Source of the DNA: a virus
IMG/VR virus record: IMGVR_UViG_3300034025_000003
Length of the DNA: 48,740 nt
Reading direction: 5' to 3' (one strand)
How positions within the stretch are numbered: the first letter of the stretch is position 1; each line of letters opens with the position of its first letter. This document shows positions 16,925-24,930 of the stretch, piece after piece. The position numbers and the translations under genes are program-made. The notes beneath the pieces were generated by a model. It searched no databases. It was not told the DNA's origin and saw nothing but the letters and a program-made list of their open reading frames with translations.

Positions 16925-17108
16925 CGAACGTGTCTTCTCCTGTTTCTTCGCGTAGTCCTACAAACTCGCAAAGATCGTTGTAGTTAACTTCAATTTCATC
17001 TTCAAACATTTCTACGAAATCTTCAATCGAAATTTGTAGGAAGTCCGCGAGTTCAGCAGACGTAAAACGATCTGCGAGTATGCCTTTAAACTCTTTAGAT
17101 AGAGTCAT
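16908..17108 (-). CDS. Hypothetical acidic protein
   Basis: 66-aa ORF whose stop overlaps the start of the downstream small ORF. Confidence 0.5.
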   Translation of the reverse strand: MTLSKEFKGILADRFTSAELADFLQISIEDFVEMFEDEIEVNYNDLCEFVGLREETGEDTFDDDSV

Positions 17109-17374
17109 ACTTTTTCAATCGAAAGAATACATGCGTTCTTATCCAACATTGCTGAACTAAGAGCGCAAGGTGTTTGTGTTGACGTCACATACGTAATTTT
17201 CACTTCTTGTTCTCGACCTGTGTACTTTCCTTCAAACGGATCGTATTCCTGAAGTGTAAGAGTATCTCCAACTGAATAAGGACGATCTCGAAGATCGCGC
17301 ATATCGTGTTTCTTATTGCCATTAAGAAACTGTTGAAAATATACAGGCCAGCTTTTTACTTTATAGTTCGCCAT
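17105..17374 (-). CDS. ASCH-like / DUF3850 protein
   Basis: KSWPVYFQQFLNGNKKHDMRDLRDRPYSVGDTLTLQEYDP..KYTGRE..KITYV matches the DUF3850 pattern. Confidence 0.75.
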   Translation of the reverse strand: MANYKVKSWPVYFQQFLNGNKKHDMRDLRDRPYSVGDTLTLQEYDPFEGKYTGREQEVKITYVTSTQTPCALSSAMLDKNACILSIEKV

Positions 17375-17495
17375 TCTTAATCTTTAACTTACACTTGCTG
17401 CAAAAACCAGCGTTGTGAAAATGAGTATCGGCTGATAGCTCCACGTTGCAAGACTTACACCAATGTCGAACGTCATCGACTACGTAAGAAGTCAT
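17361..17495 (-). CDS. Possible 44-aa zinc-ribbon protein
   Basis: MTSYVVDDVRHWCKSCNVELSADTHFHNAGFCSKCKLKIKNGEL. Its ATG overlaps the TGA of the phosphoesterase gene, and its stop overlaps the next start. Confidence 0.45.
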   Translation of the reverse strand: MTSYVVDDVRHWCKSCNVELSADTHFHNAGFCSKCKLKIKNGEL

Positions 17496-18235
17496 GCGTA
17501 TTCCTCTCGAATCTTGTTCAACGAGATCCATTGGAAATCATAGAGTCCATCTTCTACGTTATCGCAGATAGCAACACCACGAGACCACATATCATTAGCA
17601 CGGCCAGCATATCCAGCTTGATAATCAATATAGGAACCAACAACTAAGCCCATAAGGGATCGCCCCGGCGTACGGTCAATTTTGTAATCGGTGACGTGCG
17701 AGTGCCCACAGGTGCTGCTTTCGTTCGTCTTCTTTATGATCGTCCATGCGGGGTGTTGTCCGCCAATCGGTCGGCCCATAAGTCCAGACGTAAAGTAATG
17801 ACTGTAAGCAATACCGTCAATTCGGACAGTGTCCAAGAAAGGATATACTTCCCACGGGTAGTCACCGTATCCAATATCTTCATTCTTTATTTGACCTTCG
17901 AATACTGGGTTTTCGTCGACCCAACGCTGCGGACGAATATCATGATTACCTAGCGTCCACACCATACGTGGCAGCTTCTTCTTATGCTTGCGCAGTTCAT
18001 GAAAGATACGATCTTGAGCGTCTTTAGACGCATCGCAGTCAGCCTTGTACCGAGCTCCTTCAATTTCCTTAGGCTTACTGTGAAAGCACAAGCTAGCCAT
18101 GTCTGCCAAATCGCCGATGTTAACAACCACATCTGGGCGAACGTCGTGGATCAGTTTTCCAACCCACGTAAAACGTTCGTTGTTGTAATCAGGATGCGCG
18201 TGACTGTCCGGAATAATTAAATGTCTAGTACCCAT
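17492..18235 (-). CDS. Calcineurin-like metallophosphoesterase
   Basis: Motifs PDSHAHPD, NIGDLADM, GNHD and GHSH are present. RBS is GGAGG. Confidence 0.85.
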   Translation of the reverse strand: MGTRHLIIPDSHAHPDYNNERFTWVGKLIHDVRPDVVVNIGDLADMASLCFHSKPKEIEGARYKADCDASKDAQDRIFHELRKHKKKLPRMVWTLGNHDIRPQRWVDENPVFEGQIKNEDIGYGDYPWEVYPFLDTVRIDGIAYSHYFTSGLMGRPIGGQHPAWTIIKKTNESSTCGHSHVTDYKIDRTPGRSLMGLVVGSYIDYQAGYAGRANDMWSRGVAICDNVEDGLYDFQWISLNKIREEYA

Positions 18236-18383
18236 AATGACCTCCGTAATCTTTTAGCGGGTCTTTTTCACGGACAGGCCAAAATTCTTTGCCGCATACT
18301 TCACACTTCTTACCAAACTCCCACGCATATCGTATTTCTTTTAACTTAGGATGACTACAATTTTTATTAGTCTTATCCTCCAA
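18225..18383 (-). CDS. Possible 52-aa zinc-finger protein (TTG start)
   Basis: Frame MEDKTNKNCSHPKLKEIRYAWEFGKKCEVCGKEFW... fills the gap 18236-18372. Confidence 0.35.
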   Translation of the reverse strand: MEDKTNKNCSHPKLKEIRYAWEFGKKCEVCGKEFWPVREKDPLKDYGGHYGY

Positions 18384-18555
18384 CGACTACGCGCTCCCCA
18401 GGATTCTGAGTAAGCTCTTCAGCAATCTTATCAACAGTCTCGTCGTTGTCGTACTTATCCATCAGTTCACGATATCGATCGTTACGAACGTGGTCAAGCA
18501 AAAGCTCGACAAGCTCGATCAATTCGTTACGAGTGACTTCATTCTTCTTCGCCAT
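18373..18555 (-). CDS. Hypothetical helical protein
   Basis: ATG at 18555 (MAKKNEVTRNELIELVELLL...) overlaps the end of endonuclease I. The track start at 18597 lies inside the upstream gene. Confidence 0.5.
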   Translation of the reverse strand: MAKKNEVTRNELIELVELLLDHVRNDRYRELMDKYDNDETVDKIAEELTQNPGERVVVGG

Positions 18556-18958
18556 TACTCTCACTCCACCAATCAATTGGAATTGAACCTTCCGCAAACG
18601 GAAAGCCTTTTGACGTTGCCCATTCTCCGTACGTCTTGCCGTAGCGAGACAGTTTAGTCCGGGCGTTTTGAAAGACGAAACGAATATCGAGATCAGGTCG
18701 AGCAGCTTTTACTGCCACCATCTTGCGTCGATCATTTACGTCTAGCTGCCCTTTAGCTTCCACAAGTATTCCGTTGGGCAGACGAAAATCAGGTTGGTAA
18801 CGATAGTGAATGCTATAGGGTATTATAGCATCTTTGGGCTCAAAGTCAAGCTTTTTCTTTAGACCTTTGGCAATACCAAAAAGGGAGGCTTCAAACTTTG
18901 AACGAAAGTGATTGTCTTTGGTCTTTACGCGAACGCTGAATTTAGGTGGTGCTTTCAC
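18539..18958 (-). CDS. Endonuclease I (T7 gp3-like Holliday junction resolvase)
   Basis: YQPDFRLPNGILVEAKGQLDVNDRRKMVAVKAARPDLDIRFVFQN...TYGEWATSKGFPFA matches the T7 endonuclease I core. The GTG start overlaps the upstream stop (GTGA). Confidence 0.85.
   Translation of the reverse strand: MKAPPKFSVRVKTKDNHFRSKFEASLFGIAKGLKKKLDFEPKDAIIPYSIHYRYQPDFRLPNGILVEAKGQLDVNDRRKMVAVKAARPDLDIRFVFQNARTKLSRYGKTYGEWATSKGFPFAEGSIPIDWWSESNGEEE
18822..18849 (-). promoter_or_regulatory. Candidate sigma70-type promoter inside the endonuclease I gene
   Basis: The minus strand reads GCTTGACT-N16-TATAAT with TG at the extended -10 position (GATGCTATAAT). Confidence 0.4.
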
Positions 18959-19812
18959 GATGGAACCTCATGTACATCTGGCGTACGTCGGACTTCTGTG
19001 AGAAAGCGTGGACGACCGCTGTAGAGAAACGTCCGGAGACCCACTCCATCATTAGCATCTGACCAACAAGGCTTCTTGAAAGCGCAGTACGAACACTGGG
19101 TTCCAAGCTTTCGATTGCCGCTCTTTCCGTCTGACTCATCTTCGTAGCATCGATCGGGCTTGACATCAGATGCGATCACTTCCTTTAGATGAGTTATACG
19201 TTTAGGTACGTTGAAGCCGTTAGTAATGGACGGTCCTACGTTGAGGACGCAGATGTCTCCGGCAACCTTGTCGAATGCGAGGAAAGCACCTCCTCGATCC
19301 GGAGTAACGACGCTTGCGTATCCCGAAATCTGACCAATGTATCCAAAAGGATCGTCCTCAAACAGCGATCCTCGTTCGAATTTGGCGTAACTGAGAGGGC
19401 TTGCTGATTTAACATCGACAGTAACTCCGTCGATGACGGCATCGATGTGCCCGAGAACTCCGTCAACTTCAATCTCCTCTTGCTCGCGTTCTACTGTGTG
19501 TCCAGCTTCCTTGACAAGGAAGAGAAGCATCTGTTCAATCAGGTCTCCGTACATAAACTTTAGACCTGTCTTACCACTGATTACTTCTTGCTCATCAGCG
19601 TTTGCCATGTACCAAAGTTGTCGGTCTGGTCGACCAAGGCTAGAGAACCGAAGGGGAGTTTGCTGTTCAGGTCGTGCCATGAGACGTTGACGAACGATCG
19701 CTTTAACAGCTTCTCCGAAAGCTTCGACGTTTGCTTCATCGACTACGTGATCCTTGCTTTGATCGAAGAGTGCGTAAACGTCTTCGGGTATTGTCTTAAT
19801 TGTTTTAGACAT
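18955..19812 (-). CDS. PD-(D/E)XK nuclease, Cas4/RecB-like with a C-terminal Cys cluster
   Basis: GHIDAVIDGVTVDVKSAS supplies the D...D-x-K motif. The C-terminus carries C-x17-C-x2-C-x5-C (RCYEDE...CSYCAFKKPCW). Confidence 0.75.
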   Translation of the reverse strand: MSKTIKTIPEDVYALFDQSKDHVVDEANVEAFGEAVKAIVRQRLMARPEQQTPLRFSSLGRPDRQLWYMANADEQEVISGKTGLKFMYGDLIEQMLLFLVKEAGHTVEREQEEIEVDGVLGHIDAVIDGVTVDVKSASPLSYAKFERGSLFEDDPFGYIGQISGYASVVTPDRGGAFLAFDKVAGDICVLNVGPSITNGFNVPKRITHLKEVIASDVKPDRCYEDESDGKSGNRKLGTQCSYCAFKKPCWSDANDGVGLRTFLYSGRPRFLTEVRRTPDVHEVPS

Positions 19813-19960
19813 TGCTAGTGATCGCTATTGTTCCAACGTTAAGTTGTTCTTGATGGACGCGATTGTATCGTTCGATAGAAGGCCAATCAGGATCACCGTT
19901 TTCTGCGAAAAGAGCTGCTGCCTCTCGAGCTTCTTCGGGAGTATCGGCAGCCACGATCAT
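19805..19960 (-). CDS. Possible 51-aa ORF
   Basis: MIVAADTPEEAREAAALFAENGDPDWPSIERYNRVHQEQL... Its stop overlaps the start of the nuclease gene. Confidence 0.3.
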   Translation of the reverse strand: MIVAADTPEEAREAAALFAENGDPDWPSIERYNRVHQEQLNVGTIAITSNV

Positions 19961-20029
19961 ACTTAGTTCTTCGAGATACGTAACTGTTCGTGTAACCTTA
20001 AGTGGAAAACGTGCGATAATGAATTCCTT

Positions 20030-20056
20030 AAAAAGAGAGCAGGCTTTTCACCTGCT
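20030..20056 (-). terminator. Intrinsic terminator downstream of the SSB gene
   Basis: The minus strand reads AGCAGG-TGAAAAG-CCTGCT followed by CTCTTTTT. Confidence 0.5.
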
Positions 20057-20178
20057 GGGATCGTTTGCAACCAATCTCTTTAAGTTTCAGAGCAGACGAC
20101 TTTCACGCTGCACCCCGGTCTTATAAACTTACAACTTCAGACCGTTAGGGCAGTACTTGCTGCCGTGTTCAAGAAAAC

Positions 20179-20781
20179 TTAAACGGGAACATCATCAAAT
20201 TCATCTTCGTCAGATGCTGTGTGACCACCGTAAGAATCAAAAGGAGTTTCGCTATCCGAAGCCTTCTTGAAGAACTTATCATCTTCAGACAAAGGTGAGA
20301 AGTCCTGTTCAGCATAAGCTACGTGCTTAAGGACTCGAATTGCTCGAGGATAAATACCAGCGTACATTGTCTTGCCGTAGTCAACAACTTCAAACTTGAC
20401 GTCTGCGTCTGAACCGTTGCCAATCTTCGTGTTCTGATCCCAAGCAGTACCAGTTGCGTCAGCAACCTTAGGAGCAGTCGTAAACTTACCGTTCGGTAGC
20501 TCACGGTACTTCTGCTTGAACGTCACAAAGTCACCGCGATCGTCACCCTTATTCTTTATCGTCAGTGCAGGCTTACCGTTAACCTTGATACTCTTGACCT
20601 GCTTAACACCGTCAGCGTCTAGGGCTAGGTCGAAAACCCACTCCTTGCCATCCTTACCGTAGTTGTCGACAGGATCGCCGAGGACCTTAGTCCAATGAAG
20701 CTTGCCACGAAGATAATGAATTTCTTTAGTTGCCAATTTCTCGTCTTTCTTTCTCACTGTCAAAAATGGCGGGACTTTCAC
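20179..20781 (-). CDS. ssDNA-binding protein, T7 gp2.5-like (true start probably at 20736-20763)
   Basis: About 190 aa with an acidic C-terminal tail (SDEDEFDDVPV), located in the replisome block. The track GTG start lies in the loop of the upstream terminator hairpin, so an internal TTG or GTG is more likely. Confidence 0.6.
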   Translation of the reverse strand: MKVPPFLTVRKKDEKLATKEIHYLRGKLHWTKVLGDPVDNYGKDGKEWVFDLALDADGVKQVKSIKVNGKPALTIKNKGDDRGDFVTFKQKYRELPNGKFTTAPKVADATGTAWDQNTKIGNGSDADVKFEVVDYGKTMYAGIYPRAIRVLKHVAYAEQDFSPLSEDDKFFKKASDSETPFDSYGGHTASDEDEFDDVPV

Positions 20782-20786
20782 CCGCC
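20762..20786 (-). terminator. Intrinsic terminator after the 20843..21124 gene
   Basis: The minus strand reads GGCGGG-TGAAAGT-CCCGCC followed by ATTTTTG. Confidence 0.5.
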
Positions 20787-20842
20787 GTAAGAAGTATGTA
20801 GGTTTTCATCCTTCCACCTTCTTTCGCTGACACGTCTAGTTG

Positions 20843-21124
20843 TTACGCTGTCGGTGTTTCTGCCTGTGGAGTATTAGCAGTAACTGCTTCAGCAATTCGA
20901 GCCTGCTGTTCATCAAGATCATCTGCAAGTGCGATCAACGCATCATCATCTTCGTTGTCAACTGCTTCTCGAATCTGATCGGCAAGTCCCTGAACAAGAG
21001 TCAAAACGCTATCGGTAGCTGCTCGGCTCTGTTCAACTTCGTTCGTCAGTCGATCTAGTGCTTCACTCATCTTTTTTAGTTCCTTAAGGTTGATTGTTTG
21101 TCGTAGTACCACAAAGAAAGGCAT
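20843..21124 (-). CDS. Hypothetical acidic coiled-coil protein (possibly starting at the internal MSEAL)
   Basis: 93-aa ORF with its own consensus promoter upstream and a terminator downstream. Very acidic (DNEDDDALIALADDLDEQQ). Confidence 0.5.
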   Translation of the reverse strand: MPFFVVLRQTINLKELKKMSEALDRLTNEVEQSRAATDSVLTLVQGLADQIREAVDNEDDDALIALADDLDEQQARIAEAVTANTPQAETPTA

Positions 21125-21146
21125 GGTTCCTATCCTTTCTACAATA

Positions 21147-21175
21147 ATTATACCATGTTTAATTCACTTTGTCAA
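21147..21175 (-). promoter_or_regulatory. Consensus sigma70-type promoter
   Basis: The minus strand reads TCTTGACA-AAGTGAATTAAACATGG-TATAAT, a 17-nt spacer with both hexamers perfect. Confidence 0.7.
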
Positions 21176-21219
21176 GAATTATTTACCAACTCCAACCCCA
21201 ATCACCTGTTTCATCAACC

Positions 21220-23049
21220 TCAATGCGTTTCTGCCCACGTGAGTCCGACTTTGGAGTCGCATTCAATCGGGATAGAGTAACCGAAGCTACGTCCGGCTGC
21301 GATAAATGACTCAGAACACAAAACCTTAAATGCCTCGATGTGGTCGTTAAGGACATCTGTTTGCCATTCATCATGGATATCTCCAACTTTAATTGCGTCG
21401 ATGCGTCCACGTCTTTTTCCTTCGTCAACAAAGATCATTGCTTGCTTCATAATACGACTCTCGTCGCCTTGCAGAAGATACGGAATAACCATGTGATCTG
21501 ACGGAACAAGCACTCGTGATCCATCGCAAAGAGTTATTCTACCAGTTCGAGTTAGCTCTTCCTTAAGCCGATTGATAAGCTTAGGTAGTCCCGGAACCTG
21601 CTCAAAGAATAGCAACTTTGCAGCCTTAGCTTCCTTAAGTGACACCTTAGCTTCGTTAGAAATCTTAGCGTCACCAGCACCCATCAACGTTGCGTACGTG
21701 ATGGTCTTTGTCAACGCTCGTGTCGACAGACCCATGTTCTTTTGATTTGCAGAATGAGGGTCTTCAGAAAGAATAGCTTCTGTGAATTTGTCGTCTTTGA
21801 GATAATCAGCAAGAATTCTTAATTGAATACCTTTAGCGTCAACGCCAACGAGAGACCGGTTGCGAACATCCCGACAAGTCCAAACATCCCGAGCTTCGTA
21901 TGTGAAGGCTCCGCTCCTTCCGAGTAACGGCTTCGCATCCTTATCAACTCTAACGGCGGGTATATTAGCAGTGTTAGGCTTATCGTGACGATAACGAAGT
22001 GAGCCAGCAAGCCATAAGTTTCCATGAAGTCTTCCATCCTTATCAATCAAATCAAGCCAGTTACTAACCATGTTACCACGAGCGTTGATAGCAATCCACT
22101 CTGCAAGCTTTTTAACAGCTTCGTTTGGAACTTCTTCAATAAACTCTTTAAGGCTGGGACTTAAATCTCCCTTTTTAGTCGGCTTAGGACTTCCTTTTGG
22201 TGTGAACTCTCGAGGTTTCCAACCGAGTTCAAGCAGTTTTTCAACTCGTTGTTTTGGGCTTCCAAGGTTGAACTCAATCCAATCAAGTGCTTCATATCCT
22301 CCGTCGTCGGTGTGACGAAGCTCTGGGTACTCAGTAAGATGTCGTTCATAGTTCGCACAGTAATCGCCATTAGCCTTGCGTGCTTTCGCAAAGCGTTTGA
22401 CAACCTGTAGGACGGGAGGCCAGTGCTCATAGATTTCATCTTTTAACTTTCGTTCGAGTTCACGAATTTCTGTGTAAAGTTCGTAGGCTCGGGGTACGTC
22501 AATCTGGAAACCGTCGAGTCTTTGTCTGCGGATAATGGCCCACGCTCGGTGTTCAAGCTCACACGATCGATCACTGAAACCAACAGCTCGCATGCGATCA
22601 GAAAGGCGAAGCCATAGACGAACGTTAACCCGGCAATCGTTAAGACAGTAACGAACCATGTCATCAGACAAGCAACTCCAATCACTAAACTCGGTCTTTG
22701 GGAATCCTAGTCGACCTCCCCACGCTTCGAGACTATGGCCGCCAGCCAACCCGGGAGAATACAGCATAGAAAGAATAAAGGTGTCAATAACACGACTAAC
22801 AGGAATCCGAGTACCAACCAAACGGTTGAGAACAGGGACGTCGAATGAGAGTAAGTTATGTCCGACGAAGACACATTTTCTGGTGAGTTGGAGATCAATC
22901 CACTCCCTTATTGTTTTTGGATCGGTGAACGTTAGTTCTTGACCGGTAACGAGGTTGATCGCACACATGCACCAGATAACCTTGGGATCAAGGCCGTCTG
23001 TTTCTATGTCAATTAACCAATATTCTTCGGTGGGTTTATTTAGATAAAT
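21220..23049 (-). CDS. DNA polymerase, family A (T7 gp5-like) with a 3'-5' exonuclease domain; non-canonical start
   Basis: Exo I LIDIETDGL, Exo II GHNLLSFDVPVL, Exo III YCLNDCRV, pol motif A VDAKGIQLRILA, motif B RALTKTITYATLMGAG, motif C IHDEWQ. The first ATG (22968) lies downstream of Exo I. The frame is open up to 23052, and ATT at 23049 sits 9 nt after a GGAGG. Confidence 0.85.
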   Translation of the reverse strand: MYLNKPTEEYWLIDIETDGLDPKVIWCMCAINLVTGQELTFTDPKTIREWIDLQLTRKCVFVGHNLLSFDVPVLNRLVGTRIPVSRVIDTFILSMLYSPGLAGGHSLEAWGGRLGFPKTEFSDWSCLSDDMVRYCLNDCRVNVRLWLRLSDRMRAVGFSDRSCELEHRAWAIIRRQRLDGFQIDVPRAYELYTEIRELERKLKDEIYEHWPPVLQVVKRFAKARKANGDYCANYERHLTEYPELRHTDDGGYEALDWIEFNLGSPKQRVEKLLELGWKPREFTPKGSPKPTKKGDLSPSLKEFIEEVPNEAVKKLAEWIAINARGNMVSNWLDLIDKDGRLHGNLWLAGSLRYRHDKPNTANIPAVRVDKDAKPLLGRSGAFTYEARDVWTCRDVRNRSLVGVDAKGIQLRILADYLKDDKFTEAILSEDPHSANQKNMGLSTRALTKTITYATLMGAGDAKISNEAKVSLKEAKAAKLLFFEQVPGLPKLINRLKEELTRTGRITLCDGSRVLVPSDHMVIPYLLQGDESRIMKQAMIFVDEGKRRGRIDAIKVGDIHDEWQTDVLNDHIEAFKVLCSESFIAAGRSFGYSIPIECDSKVGLTWAETH

Positions 23050-23052
23050 GGT

Positions 23053-23223
23053 TCAAAGCCTCCAATTTTCGATCACAAGAAGCTCTGGCTTTGGGGCGCG
23101 CCTGCTACACATGTAAGTGCGTGTGATAGTGTTGTAGGAATCTACATGCCAGTCAAGATCAAGACTGGCGAACTTACCCCTATAAACTTCAATAGTTTCA
23201 AGTCCATCCGAATTGATCGTCAC
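23053..23223 (-). CDS. WRL-tail small protein A (…PELLVIENWRL)
   Basis: GTG at 23223 is preceded by AGGAG. The ORF ends in VIENWRL-TGA and overlaps the end of the primase-helicase gene by 26 nt. The track start is at 23274. Confidence 0.5.
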   Translation of the reverse strand: MTINSDGLETIEVYRGKFASLDLDWHVDSYNTITRTYMCSRRAPKPELLVIENWRL

Positions 23224-24835
23224 GTTTTGTTTCTCCTGCTTCGAAAGCGATAACTTCCTCGGGATCGAGTTCAACCATGCGTCCTGTCTTACCGTTGTAG
23301 TGCAAATACGAAGCTGGTCCTGTCATACCACTGAACCTATTCTTTTCGACGACGGTTTTGGTGACGTTGCGTCGATAAGGATCAGTTGCTGTCTTGTCAC
23401 GTTCCAGTCGAATAACGATGTTTGCTACTTGCTCAACACCGGCTGTGCCTCGCACGAGTCCTGCTCGATTTTGATGGATAACGCAGATAAGAGCAATGTT
23501 TAGCTCCATGCAAAGTGTTTTAAGCTTGGTACTAATCTCGTCTAGCTGTTTACGCTCATCACCGGATTGATCGGAAACAATGATAGAAAGATGATCCACA
23601 ACAACATACTTACATCCAAGAGCGTGCATGTGACGAACCTTATCAAGGACCGCGTCGACGGTGTTCGACCCAAAATGGTCCCAAATAACAACCCGATCGG
23701 TATTGATAACAGCGTCATAAGCTGCCCGGAGCTCGTCAGTCGTCCGCTCAGTGTCAGGTAGATGATAGGGCTTTGAGTTATGAACAGACATAAGTCCCAA
23801 GGCTGTATCGTGGTTCGGCTCTTCCAGATGAAGGAAGCCAACCCCGTAACCCTTCTCAATAAGCTCTTTGTTGACAAGCAAAGAGTGCTCGATTTCTTTG
23901 ATGTAAGAAGTCTTACCAACGCCTGTTGGTGCATGAACGAGGACAAATTCTGAAAGTCGAAGACCATACGTAAGCTTATTTGTTTCTTCAAACGGTAGCG
24001 GAACAGTGAAGTGGTTCGGACGATTAATGATCGTGTCCCACATTTGCGTACCGAGTATCAAGCCATCAGGCTGATAAGGAACAGCCTTCCACCACTCGTT
24101 TACGAACTGTTTTCCACGACCGTTTAGAAGATATTCATTCGCATCCTTAAACTCTCGAAGAGTTAGTATCTTAGCTTTTCCGGGTTTGAACAGTCCAGCA
24201 ACTTTGATGGCTGCTTCTTGTCCCGGAAAATGCTTTTCCCCTGTCAACGGATTAATCTTAGCTTCGTCACGATCAAAACAAACGATGATGGATTCAAAGC
24301 TATTCAGATACTCGTAGTTGCGTTTACAATCTTCGATCGCAGAGGACGCGCCATGAACGCTTACGGCAGGGAAGGGGGAGATTTGAAACGCTGCCATTGC
24401 ATCGTCCTGTCCTTCCAAGATAGTAATAGCTTTTGCGGAACCTGGGCTAAATGTGTGTTGTCCGAACAGATCAAGGTCTCGTCCTTGTCCCTCGTAGAGA
24501 AACTTTTTACCTGTTTTTCGTATCTTGTTTCCGACGTGAACGCCGTTAGCGAAGACAGGATAGCGAGCTTCAACATCAGACGATGATAGATCAACGCTAA
24601 CGCCGAACCGCGAGATTGTTTCTCGATCAATGCCTCGTTCCTTGAACGCATGGAAAACGTTTGTAAGCGGAGCAAACTCCGAAGATAGTTTCTTAACTGG
24701 AATCTCCTCCTCTTGTCGGCCATTCGATGGCGGAAACTTTTTATCACACGAAAAACATTTTCCCCAGCCTTTCTCATTGATGCTATAAGCATCACTAGAG
24801 ATACCACAGGGACAAGCTTGATGAGTTGTTTTCAA
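23198..24835 (-). CDS. Bifunctional primase-helicase (T7 gp4-like)
   Basis: N-terminal Zn finger (CPCG...CFSC), a TOPRIM region, a DnaB-like Walker A (HAPTGVGKTS) and Walker B (VVVDHLS). TTG start. Confidence 0.9.
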   Translation of the reverse strand: MKTTHQACPCGISSDAYSINEKGWGKCFSCDKKFPPSNGRQEEEIPVKKLSSEFAPLTNVFHAFKERGIDRETISRFGVSVDLSSSDVEARYPVFANGVHVGNKIRKTGKKFLYEGQGRDLDLFGQHTFSPGSAKAITILEGQDDAMAAFQISPFPAVSVHGASSAIEDCKRNYEYLNSFESIIVCFDRDEAKINPLTGEKHFPGQEAAIKVAGLFKPGKAKILTLREFKDANEYLLNGRGKQFVNEWWKAVPYQPDGLILGTQMWDTIINRPNHFTVPLPFEETNKLTYGLRLSEFVLVHAPTGVGKTSYIKEIEHSLLVNKELIEKGYGVGFLHLEEPNHDTALGLMSVHNSKPYHLPDTERTTDELRAAYDAVINTDRVVIWDHFGSNTVDAVLDKVRHMHALGCKYVVVDHLSIIVSDQSGDERKQLDEISTKLKTLCMELNIALICVIHQNRAGLVRGTAGVEQVANIVIRLERDKTATDPYRRNVTKTVVEKNRFSGMTGPASYLHYNGKTGRMVELDPEEVIAFEAGETKRDDQFGWT

Positions 24836-24893
24836 CTTCTACCTTTATCAGTCTACTGTTTAACGTTTAGCTTCTAACAAACTTCTTAAGATT

Positions 24894-24922
24894 ATTATAC
24901 ACAGTTTTGTAGAGGTTGTCAA
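24894..24922 (-). promoter_or_regulatory. Consensus sigma70-type promoter upstream of the primase-helicase gene
   Basis: The minus strand reads GCTTGACA-ACCTCTACAAAACTGTG-TATAAT, a 17-nt spacer with a TGn extended -10. Confidence 0.75.
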
Positions 24923-24930
24923 GCGCTATT

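Noticed and set aside
19491-19525. Plus-strand promoter-like strings TTGACA-N17-TTCAAT (about 19492) and TTGACA-N17-ATGAAT (about 29824), antisense to early genes
   Set aside because: Their -10 hexamers are imperfect, they lack the GCTTGACAA context shared by the strong promoters, and no ORF lies downstream. They are probably chance matches.
19863-20126. Plus-strand 87-aa ORF in the SSB-nuclease intergenic region
   Set aside because: It overlaps the minus-strand terminator and hairpin region and a better-supported minus-strand 51-aa ORF. It has no RBS.
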